A stretch of DNA of 64,000 bases, from the NCBI RefSeq assembly GCF_046119375.1, contig NW_027362773.1, forward strand, positions 27,962,001-28,026,000. The letters run 5' to 3'. The stretch comes from Phyllobates terribilis (Eukaryota). The stretch's first letter is position 1; each line of letters opens with the position of its first letter. Under the pieces are notes generated by a model. It saw nothing but the letters and a program-made list of their open reading frames with translations, ran no database searches and had not been told where the DNA came from. Below, one piece after another: positions 38,516-49,708 of the stretch. A program made the translations under genes and the position numbers.

Positions 38516-38879
38516 GGCTGTGTGCCCACTATGCATTTTTCAAGCGTTTTTGATGCGAAAATTCTGCAGTGTAAACGCTTGCAAAACGCTTGGTAATCCG
38601 TGCCCCATGATCCCCAATGAAAATCTGCATGTTCTGTGCCCATGCTGCGGAATTTTCTGCAGTGGATTTTCCTTGCAGAAAAATCCGCAGCATGTCCATT
38701 ATTTGTGCGTTTCCGCATGCGGATTTGAGGTCCCAATGCATTTGAAAAACGCAAGTCAAATCCGCATGTAAAAACGCTGCAAAAACGCGTGTAAAATCCG
38801 CAAGCTTTTTTACTGCCAAGAACATGCAGAAACGCTGCAGAAATTTTCTGATTCAATTCTGCATCATGGGCACATAGCC
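38516..38879. mobile_element. Harbinger-type MITE
   Basis: TTA|GGCTGTGTGCCCA...TGGGCACATAGCC|TTA; same family as the 31351 copy. Confidence 0.85.
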
Positions 38880-38948
38880 TTATAGCTACAGCATTGCCTG
38901 CATCTATCGTCAGACAGCACAATGCATTGCACAACAGATGCGGGATAC

Positions 38949-38959
38949 TGCTGACTCAC
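38949..38959. promoter_or_regulatory. Candidate ARE/MARE (NF-E2/Nrf2/Bach1 site)
   Basis: TGCTGACTCAC matches TGCTGA(G/C)TCA(T/C) exactly; about 2.75 kb upstream of the fth1 start site. Confidence 0.55.
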
Positions 38960-40607
38960 GGCAGTGGGTTGTGTAAGTCATGTTCATGTGAACAGCGGTG
39001 TGAGATCAGCTGTAGAAAAAGGTGTGTGTATTTAGAGGGCATAAAGCAGAAGCAGGTCACTGATTCACATGTGATTCACATGCATGGTGTTTCTGAGCAG
39101 GTCCATTATTAGTGATACCGTATAAAATAACTTCCACATCAGGTGTCGTGTCAGACAATGGACTTTTACTATCAAGTATTGTAAGGTAAAAATATCCCAG
39201 AGCCAGGCTTCTCTAATGTCTAATCAATCTGGCTTGTTGGGACTTCAGGACGCAGCCCCATTCTTCAGATCTGATGTCTGTCACTTTACCTGGGATCACA
39301 GGAAGGGAGAATAGTGGATGATCCGCGCTGCTGGTAAAGAAAATGGTAAATCCAGGTCCACACAAGTAGGGTTGCGGTTTTTATTATGTCAACGCGTATC
39401 GAAGTTTACACACTTCTTCATCAGGACAAAAAAAAAATCTTTACCTAGGGATAACTTTGGAATGTCTTTACTTGTTAAAGTGATTGTTTTTTCTGACTCC
39501 AAAAACATACTGATAGGAGATTTAGATTGTGAGCCCCAATGGGGACAGTGATGTCTGTGAAGCGCTGTGGAATATGATGGCGCTATATAAGTGTATAAAA
39601 TAAATAAAATTACACATTGGGGCATTTATATCAATTCTGCCTAAATCTTCCCCAGTGCAAATTTAGACTAGACAGTCTTAAAATGTACCAGATTTGTTAA
39701 AGTGGTTCACGCTGTTTGATAAATCTGTCCTATTTTCTGACTGTCTTAGCCTAGAGGTGCGCTACTTCACTCAACCATGGGCCTTAGAATTGAAGAAGCA
39801 ACTTGTGAATTTTGTGGCCTATTTAGCATTAATTCAGTTTACTGAGCTCTGCCTTAAAAGGGAATCTGCCAGCAGGATTTTACCCCAAAACTATTTATAT
39901 GTTCATGCAGCTCTTTCAAATATAAGTCCAGCAAAACCTTTACATGGTCAGTCCTTTCCTTCATTACTGAGAAATTAGCGTTTGAATTGATATGCAAATG
40001 AGGCTGAAGATCTATGGTAGATCTGAAACCTCTTTCACTCCATCTCTATTCTGGGTAGGGGCGATATTTCAGATTTCTCAGTAATGGAGGAACAGACTGG
40101 TCATGTGAAGGTATTGCTGGACTTGTCTTTGAAAGAGCTACATGCATATATACATAGTTTGGGGTGAAATCCTAAAAAACACATTCCTGTTAAAGCGACC
40201 CTTCACCCTGGCACTAAAAAGTGCCTATACAATTCTCTCATTTATATTGTTCCTACCTGCGGTCCTCCGTTTGCCTCCTGCTACTTCGTCCACTCAGATC
40301 GTCATTCCATTCCTCCTGCTTCCCAGATGGTCGTGGCATTGGCATGGAGAGTGCAATGGTAAATCTAAACCATGCCTTCACTATCCATAGGACTGCACTC
40401 CACCTGCTACTGCGGCGACCATACTGGATGTAGGAGGAACTAACTCAATTTGGAGGAGACAACAGGAGGCAAACGAGGGCTCCCGATACAGCAATTATGT
40501 ATGAAAAACGTGTAGTCACTTTTCAGTACCAATGTGGATGGTAACAGTGACATAACTAGAGTCTGATGGGCCCCAGTGCAAGATTTGTACCCGGGCCCCC
40601 CATCCTG

Positions 40608-40641
<34 letters not shown>

Positions 40642-40644
<3 letters not shown>

Positions 40645-42271
40645 TACAGACCAAAAGTTTGGACACACCTTCTCATTTAAAGATTTTTCTGTATTTTCAT
40701 GACTCTGAAAATTGTACATTCACACTGAAGGCATCAAAACTATGAATTAACACATGTGGAATTATATACTTAACAAAAAAGTGTGAAACACCTGAAAATA
40801 TGTCTTATATTCTAGGTTCTTCAAAGTAGCCACCTTTTGCTTTGATGACTGCTTTGCACGCTCTTGGCATTCTCTTGATGAGCTTCAGGAGGTAGTCACT
40901 GGAAATGGTCTTCCAACAATCTTGAAGGAGTTCCCAGAGATGCTTAGCACTTGTTGGCCCTTTTGCCTTCACCCTGCGGTCCAGCTCACCCCAAACCATC
41001 TCGATTGGGTTCAGGTCTGGTGACTGTGGAGGCCAGGTCATCTGGCGTAGCACCCCATCACTCTCCTTCTTGGTCAAATAGCCCTTACACAGCCTGGAGG
41101 TGTGTTTGGGGTCATTGTCCTGTTGAAAAATAAAAGATGGTCCAACTAAACGCAAACCGGATGGAATAGCATGCCGCTGCAAGATGCTGTGGTAGTCATG
41201 CTGGTTCAGTATGCCTTCAATTTTGAATAAATCCCCAACAGTGTCACCAGCAAAGCACCCCCATACCATCACACCTCCTCCTCCATGCTTCACGGTGGGA
41301 ACCAGGCATGTAGAGTCCATCCGTTCACCTTTTCTGCGTCGCACAAAGACACAGTGGTTGGAACCAAAGATCTCAAATTTGGACTCATCAGACCAAAGCA
41401 CAGATTTCCACTGGTCTAATGTCCATTCCTTGTGTTCTTTAGCTCAAACAAGTCTCTTCTGCTTGTTGCCTGTCCTTAGCAGTGGTTTCCTATCAGCTAT
41501 TTTACCATGAAGGCCTGCTGCACAAAGTCTCCTCTTAACAGTTGTTGTAGAGATGTGTCTGCTGCTAGAACTCTGTGTGGCATTGACATGGTCTCTAATC
41601 TGAGCTGCTGTTAACCTGCGATTTCTGAGGCTGGTGACTCGGATAAACTTATCCTCAGAAGCAGAGGTGACTCTTGGTCTTCCTTTCCTGGGGCGGTCCT
41701 CATGTGAGCCAGTTTCTTTGTAGCGCTTGATGGATTTTGCAACTGCACTTGGGGACACTTTCAAAGTTTTCCCAATTTTTCGCACTGACTGACCTTCATT
41801 TCTTAACGTACTGATGGCCACTCGTTTTTCTTTACTTAGAATTTGTATTATGGCAAGAAAAAAGCAGCTAACAGTCTATTCAGTAGGACTATCAGCTGTG
41901 TATCCACCAGACTTCTGCACAACACAACTGATGGTCCCAACCCCATTTATAAGGCAAGAAATCCCACTTATCAAACCTGACAGGGCACACCTGTGAAGTG
42001 AAAACCATTTCCGGTGACTACCTCTTGAAGCTCATCAAGAGGATGCCAAGAGTGTGCAAAGCAGTCATCAAAGCAAAAGGTGGCTACTTTGAAGAACTTA
42101 GAATATAAGACATATTTTCAGTTGTTTCACACTTTTTTGTTAATTATATAATTCCACATGTGTTAATTCATAGTTTTGATGCCTTCAGTGTGAATGTACA
42201 ATTTTCCTAGTCATGAAAATACAGAAAAATCTTTAAATGAGAAGGTGTGTCCAAACTTTTGGTCTGTACTG
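40642..42271 (-). mobile_element. Tc1-like family B (DD38E, Intruder-type), copy 1
   Basis: CAGTACAGACCAAAAGTTTGG TIRs (~200 bp); second D to E spacing is 38 residues; one TGG>TGA stop; start codon inverted. Confidence 0.92.
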
Positions 42272-42285
42272 TGTGTGTGTATGTA

Positions 42286-42349
<64 letters not shown>

Positions 42350-42358
42350 GTGTGTGTA
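42272..42358. repeat. (TG)/(TA) microsatellite between two Tc1 copies
   Basis: Directly visible in the sequence. Confidence 0.95.
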
Positions 42359-43878
42359 CAGTACAGACCAAAAGTTTGGACACACCTTCTCATTTAAAGA
42401 TTTTTCTGTATTTTCATGACTTTGAAAATTGTACATTCACACTGAAGGCATCAAAACTATGAATTAACACATGTGGAATTATATACTTAACAAAAAAGTA
42501 TGAAACAACTGAAAATATGTCTTATATTCTAGGTTCTTCAAAGTAGCCACCTTTTGCTTTGATGACTGCTTTGCACACTCTTGGCATTCTCTTGATGAGC
42601 TTCAAGAGGTAGTCACCGGAAATGGTTTTCACTTCACAGGTGTGCCCTGTCAGGTTTAATAAGTGGTATTTCTTGCCTTATAAATGGGGTTGGGACCATC
42701 AGTTGTATTGTGCAGAAGTCTGGTGGATACACAGCTGATAGTCCTACTGAATAGACTATTAGAATTTGTATTATGGCAAGAAAAAAGCAGCTAAGTAAAG
42801 AAAAACGAGTGGCCATCATTACTTTAAGAAATGAAGGTCAGTCAGTCCGAAAAATTGGGCAAACTTTGAAAGTGTCTCCAAGTGCAGTTGCAAAAACCAT
42901 CAAGCGCTACAAAGAAACTGGTTCACATGAGGACCGCCCCAGGAAAGGAAGACCAAGAGTCACCTCTGCTTCTGAGGATAAGTTTATCCGAGTCACCAGC
43001 CTCAGAAATCGCAGGTTAACAGCAGCTCAGATTAGAGACCAGGTCAATGCCACACAGAGTTCTAGCAGCAGACACATCTCTACAACAACTGTTAAGAGGA
43101 GGCTTTGTGCAGCAGGCCTTCATGGTAAAATAGCTGCTAGGAAACCACTGCTAAGGACAGGAAACAAGCAGAAGAGACTTGTTTGGGCTAAAGAACACAA
43201 GGAATGGACATTAGACCAGTGGAAATCTGTGCTTTGGTGAAGCATGGAGGAGGAGGTGTGATGGTGTGGCGGTGCTTTGCTGGTGACACTGTTGGGGAAT
43301 TATTCAAAATTGAAGGCATACTGAACCAGCATGGCTACCACAGCATCTTGCAGCGGCATGCTATTCCATCCGGTTTGCGCTTAGTTGGACCATCATTTAT
43401 TTTTCAAGAGGACAATGATCCTAAACACACCTCCAGGCTGTGTAAGTGCTATTTGACCAAGAAGGAGAGTGATGGGGTGCTACGTCAGATGACCTGGCCT
43501 CCACAGTCACCAGATCTGAACCCAATCGAGATGGTTTGGGGTGAGCTGGACCACAGAGTGAAGGCAAAAGGGCCAACAAGTGCTAAGCATCTCTGGGAAC
43601 TCCTTCAAGATTGTTGGAAGACCATTTCCGGTGACTACCTCTTGAAGCTCATCAAGAGAATGCCAAGAGTGTGCAAGCCGTCATCAAAGCAAAAGGTGGC
43701 TACTTTGAAGAACCTAGAATATAAGACATATTTTCAGTTGTTTCACACTTTTTTGTTAATTATATAATTCCACATGTGTTAATTCAGAGTTTTGATGCCT
43801 TCAGTGTGAATGTACAATTTTCATAGTCATGAAAATACAGAAAAATCTTTAAATGAGAATGTGTGTCCAAACTTTTGG
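42359..43878 (+). mobile_element. Tc1-like family B (DD38E), copy 2
   Basis: ORF 42773-43240 (MARKKQLSKEKR...); 100-bp deletion at 43238/43239 removes the first catalytic D; the last 9 bp of the right TIR are missing. Confidence 0.92.
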
Positions 43879-43938
43879 TATAATGGTATAATGTATATAC
43901 ACAGTTGAAACCAGAAGTTTGCATAAACTACATAAAAA

Positions 43939-46900
43939 TAATAACATTATACTCATGAAGGAGTCTAAATGAATTATACAGTCCTAAACTCAACAGCAAT
44001 ATGAATATTAACTTACAGCCCATATAAAAAACGCCCAAACAACCAGCGTATTAATAGACCAAAATTATTTTTATTATTTACATGTAACAAAAAATAGAAA
44101 TTAAAAACAACGAAGTACCGCAATGAAGGGGAAAGACATTCCACATAAAAATCCAATAATTTTTCTATGATTACATTTCAGAGCATGATTGTACAGAAAA
44201 TACCAATAAAGAGCGATGAAGTATAAAAGAAGTATAAATAAAGTGACAAGTGCACTGTGCAAAATAATCACATATGTCCAACCTCAATAGATGTTAAAGC
44301 TACACACCCAGGATAGGGGTAGACCCATATTCCCTAATAAATTTCAATTATAATTAAAATAGCAAGTGCATATGTGCAATACGAAGGGAAGGGGACTGCT
44401 TTATAAAAAGAGATTGAATACCTAAGATGTGTATAGGAAAACCTCACCTAAGCGACTATGGAGAAAATATCCATGGATTTTACATGCATTAAATCAAACA
44501 AGTACTGTGCAGCATATAGGGTTAAGCAATCATATACTCACAAATCAATATGAGGGGATGTGGAATGGTTGTCCCGTGCCCCGACGCGCGTTTCACCCTT
44601 TCTTCATCAATGGCTTCCCTTCCTATTGTATACAGTATATGCACTTACTATTTTAATTGAAATTTATTAGGGAATATGGGTCTACCCCTATCTTGGGTGT
44701 GTAGCTTTAACATCTATTGAGGTTGGATGTATGTGATTATTTTGCAGAATGCACTTGTCACTTTATTTATACTTCATCGCTCCAAACTGAATTACCGTAT
44801 ATTCCGGCGTATAAGACGACTTTTGAAGACTGAAAAATCTTCTGTCTAGTCTGGGGTCGTCTTATACGCCGGTAATGCTTTTGAACTTTCAGAAATTGAC
44901 ATGCGGGGATACTCTGGGGGTGTTAATAAGCTGCCGTGGCCGTATCCCTGCCATGTCGGAGTTAATATAAGGTGGAGGGAGTTAAAATACGGCGGCGGTA
45001 GGTCCAGACAGTCAGCGCTTCTGTGCTGAAACTGACACATCGCTGCGTATTCCCAGCTCCGGACACAGCGCAGGGCTTCTGTGCCGACAGCTTTCACTTG
45101 TCACAGAAGCGCTGCGCTGTGTCCGGAGCTGGGAAGTTCGCATCGCTTCTGTGACAATATATGAAAAGCCGGCAATTCAGCAGCGGCATAAGCCGGCACC
45201 CGACAATTTAGAATAGAAAGAATAGAGAATCACACATAGATTAGATAGATAGAAACATGTCAGTCCCATATATATGAAGTACAGTGACAGTATTGCTTAC
45301 TGTACTTGTCATTTAGTGTAAAGGATTTATTAAAACAAATAATAGTGTTTTCATGCACCGTCTCTTTAAAAAAGCCGGCCGGCAATTCAGCATCTGTACC
45401 CGACAATTTATAACAGACAGAATAGAGCATCACACATAGATTAGATAGATAGAAACATGTCAGTCACATATATATGAAGTACAGTGACAGTGCTGGTTAC
45501 TGTACTTGTCATCTAGTGTTAAAATAACGGATTTATTTAAAAAAAAATTGGCGTGGGGTTCCCCTTAATTTTAGTCTCTAGCGGAGGTTAAGCAGACAGC
45601 TGGGGCAGATGTTTGAAGCCTGGGAAGGGGGTAATACCCACGGAGCTTCCCAGGCTACTAATATCAGCCCCCAGCTGAATACATAGCCTTTACTAGCTAT
45701 TAAAATGGGGGACCCCCCCAAAAAAATGACGTGGGGTCCCCCCTAATTTAATAGCTAGCAAAGGCTAGGCAGACAGCTGGGGGCTGATATTAATAGCCCA
45801 GGAAGGGTGCCATGAATATTGGCCCCCTCCCAGGCTAGAAACACCAGCCGTCAGCCGCCCCAGAAATGGCGCATTCATAGGATGCGCCAATTCTGGCACT
45901 TAGCCTCGCTCTTCCACGCTGCCCTGGTGCGGTGGCAGGGGGTAATAGGGTTGGGGTTGATGTCAGCTTATAATGCCAGCTGACATCAAGCCCAGGTTAG
46001 TAATGGAGAGGCGTCTATAAGACACCCCCATTACTAACCCCATAGTCAAAGTTACAAAAAAACACAAACACCCAGAATAAAGTCCTTTAATTGAAATAAA
46101 CACACAATTCTTTATTGTTCTAAATTAAACCATACTTACCATCACGCCCATTCCAGCTGAAGCCAACGATCTCCTGCAATAAAAGTAAAATAATAAAGCA
46201 ACCTCATCCTTACCTTTCCATGGTTCCCAGGACAGCTCCAGCTCTGCTACATCGAGATGACAGGCTGGACCGCAGCAGAACGCTGCCATCCAGCCTGTCA
46301 TCCCGCAGACACTGAGAAGTGCAGGCTTGCTTGCGCTCCTCAGTGTCTCGCTGTGACGGCATCCAGATGAGCCGACAATGAACTCAGCTCACCTCCTGGA
46401 CGTCCGTCACTGACAGCGTGGGAAACTTCTACTGCGCATGCGGGGAGCAGGAGAATTTTCCCACGCTGTCAGTGACGTGCATGAGGTGAGCCGAGTTCAT
46501 TGGACATGATCTCGGCTCATCTGGATGCCGTCACAGTCAGACACTGAGGAGCACAAGCATGCCTGCGCTTCTCAGTGTCTGCCGCATGGCAAGCTGAACG
46601 GCAGCGTTCTGCTGCGGTGCAGCCTGTCATGTGAATGTAGCAGAGCTGGACCGGTCCTGGGAACCATGGAGAGGTAAGGATGAGGTTGCTTTATTATTTT
46701 ACTTTTATTGCAGGAGATCGTTGGCTTCAGCTGGAATGGGCGTGATGGTAAGTATGGTTTAATTTAGAACAATAAAGGATTGTGTCTTTATTTCAATTAA
46801 AGGACTTTATTCTGGGTGTTTGTGTTTTTTTTAATTACTTTACTAGAAATTCATGGCGGTCATGTCTAATATTGGCGTGACCCCATGAATTTCGGGCTTA

Positions 46901-48065
46901 GGGCCAGCTGATAATGCCAAGCTGGCCTTAACCCCTTTATTACCCAGTGAGCCACCGCACCAGGGCCCTGGATGAGTTGGGTACAGCGCCAGAAGATGGC
47001 GCTTCTATGAACGCGCCATTTTCCGGGGTGGCTGCGGACTGCAATTTGCAGCGGGGGGGGGCCAGAAAGCTTGGGCCTCCCTGCGCTGCAGATTCCAGCC
47101 CCCAGCTGCCTAGTTGTACCTGGCTGGACACAAAAATAGGGCGAAGCCCCACGTCTTTTTTTTTTTAATTATTTCATGAAATAATTTAAAAAAAAAGGGC
47201 TTCCCTATATTGTTGTGTCCGGCCAGGTACAAATAGGCAGCTGGTGGTTGGGGGCAGCCCGTTCCTGCCTGCTGTACCTGGCTGGACACAAAAATATGGC
47301 GAAGTCCACGTCAACATTTTTGGGAAAAATTAATTACAAAATTAATAATAATTTAGGGACTGCATCTTTATTAACCCCTCAATTGTCATTTAGTGTTAAA
47401 ATAAAGGATTTTTTAAAAAGAAAATTGGCGTGGGATCCACCATCATTATAGTCTCTAGCGGAGGTTAAGCAGACGGCTGGGGCAGATGTTTGAAGTCTGG
47501 GAAGGGGGTAATACCCACGGAGCTTCCCAGGCTACTAATATCAGCCCCCAGATGAATACCTAGCCTTTACTAGCTATTAGAATGGGGGACCCCCCCAAAA
47601 AATGACGTGGGGTCCCCCCTATTTTAATATGTTTATGAGTGACAGTTTTCCTGCTATATACCTGCATGTCATAAGAATTTAAATTAAAAAAGGACCATGT
47701 TAAATTCAAATCTGTTTTTTTTTAATTTTTACCGGTGTTTGGTATGCGTTGGAAAAGGGGTAGTCTTATACGGTGAATATATCCTAAACTCTATATTTTA
47801 ACAGGAAAGTAGGGGGGTCGTCTTATACACCAGGTCGTCTTATACGCCGGAATATACGGTATATGCACTTTATTGATATTTTCTGTACAATAATTTAATC
47901 ATAGATAATTATTGGATTTTTATGTGGAATGTCTCTCCCCTTCATTGCGGTACTTCGTTGTTTTTAATTTCGATTTTTTGTTACATGTAAATAATAAATA
48001 TAATTTTGGTCTATTAATACTCCGGTTGTTTGGGCGTTTTTTATATGGGCCCGTAGTTGATATTT
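43939..48065. mobile_element. Palindromic Penelope-like retroelement insertion with a degenerate hammerhead motif, itself interrupted
   Basis: 16-bp TSD ATAAACTA(C/T)ATAAAAA at 43923-43938 and 48066-48081; ~390-bp inverted arms (44010-44400 vs 44620-44790 plus 47868-48063); hammerhead-like core on the - strand at 44578-44614. Confidence 0.65.
44795..47859. mobile_element. Non-autonomous Tc1/mariner-superfamily element (Tc2/pogo-like termini), 3065 bp
   Basis: TA|CCGTATATTCCGGCGTATAAGACGAC 26-bp perfect TIRs|TA; no transposase ORF; internal palindrome and direct repeats. Confidence 0.85.
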
Positions 48066-49708
48066 ATAAACTATATAAAAAGACACATGCATGTTTTTCT
48101 CAATATCTGACAAGAAATCAGAATAAACCTTTCCCGTTTTAGGTCAATTAGGATTACCATAATCTTTAATATTTGCCAAATGCCATAATAATGAGAGAGA
48201 ATGTTTTAAGGCATTTTTATTACTTACTACAAAGTCAGAAGTTTACATACATTTCATTAGTATTTGGTACCATTGCCCTTAAACTGAATGACTTGGGTCA
48301 GACGTTTGGGATATCCTTCCACAAGCTTCTCACAATAGTTGGTCGGAATTTGGGCCCATTCCTCCTGACAAAACTGGTGTAACTGATCCAGGTTTGTAGG
48401 TCGCCTTGCTCACAACTGCCTTTTTAGCTTTGCCCATACATTTTCAATAGGATTGATATCAGGGCTTTGTGATGGCCACTCCAAAGCATTGACTTTGTTA
48501 TCCTTAAGCCACGTTGTTAGCATTTTGGCAGTATGCTTCTGGTCATTGTCCATTTGGAAGACGCATTTCCGCCCAAGCTTTAACTTCCTGGCTGATGTCT
48601 TGAGATGTTGCTTCAGTATTGCCACATAATCTTCTTTTCTCATGATGACATCTATTTTGTGAAGTGCACCAGACCCTCCTGCAGCAAAACAACCCCACAG
48701 CATGATGCTGCCACCCCTGTGTTTCACAGTTGGGATGGTGTTTTTAGGCTTCCAAGCTTCTGCCTTTTTCCTCCAAACATAACAATGGTCATTATGCCAA
48801 AAAAGTTAAATTTTAGTTTCATCAGACCACAGGACATGTCTACAAAAATTAAGGTCTATGTTCCTGTGTGCATTTGCAAGCATTAATCTGGCTTTTTTTT
48901 ATCATTCTTTTGGAGTATTGGCTTCTTCCTGGCAGAGTGGCCTTTCAGCCCATGTTGATACAGTACTCATTTGACTGTGGTTATTGACACAATCTTACCA
49001 GCTTCCGCCATCATCTTCACAAGGTCTTTTGCTTTTGTCCTTGGGTTGATATGCACATGTCGGACCAAAGCTCGTTCATCTCTGGGACACAGAATCCGTC
49101 TCCTTCCTGAGCGGTATGATGGCTGGACATTCTCATCTTGTTTGTACTTGCGTATAATTGTTTGTACAGATGAGCGAGGCACCTTCAGGTATCTTGAAAT
49201 TGTACCCAAGGATGAGCCAGACTTGTGCAAGTCCATAATTCTCTTCCTGATATCTTGGCTGATTCCTTTAGACTTTCCCGTGATGCTACACATGAAAGAA
49301 GCAGTGTGTTTCAGGTGTGCATTAAAATACACACATGCGTGTGTCTCTAATTAACTTAGATGTTGCCAAAAAAACTATCAGAAACTTCCAAACACATGAC
49401 ATCATCATATGGGCAGTTCAGAATTGTTTAAAGGCATAGTAATGTATGTAAGCTTTTGACTTTGCAGTAAGTAATAAAAATGCCTTAAATCATTCTCTCT
49501 CTCCATTATTCTGGCATTTGGCAAATATAAAAAATTATGGTAATCCTAATTGACCTAAAACGGGAAAGGTTTATTCTGATTTCATGTCAGACATTGAGAA
49601 AAACATTCATATGTGTCTTTTTATATAGTGTAGGTAAACTTCTGGTTTCATCTGTATATATATATATTTCCTCTATCCTGGTATTTATGTCCCTCATCCT
49701 GGTATATA

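Larger units (their letters stand above)
43902..49654 (-). mobile_element. Sleeping-Beauty-like Tc1 (family E, DD34E), one TIR split by an insertion
   Basis: CAGTTGAAACCAGAAGTTT terminus at 43902; TIR resumes at 48066; opposite terminus ...TTTCATCTG|TA at 49654; ORFs GKSKGISQDIRKRIMDLHKSGSSLG and ...QMDND-34aa-E. Confidence 0.88.

Noticed and set aside
42194-42462. IYIYIY-rich ORFs (also near 24830-25130 and 40440-40676)
   Set aside because: These are translations of (TA)n microsatellites.
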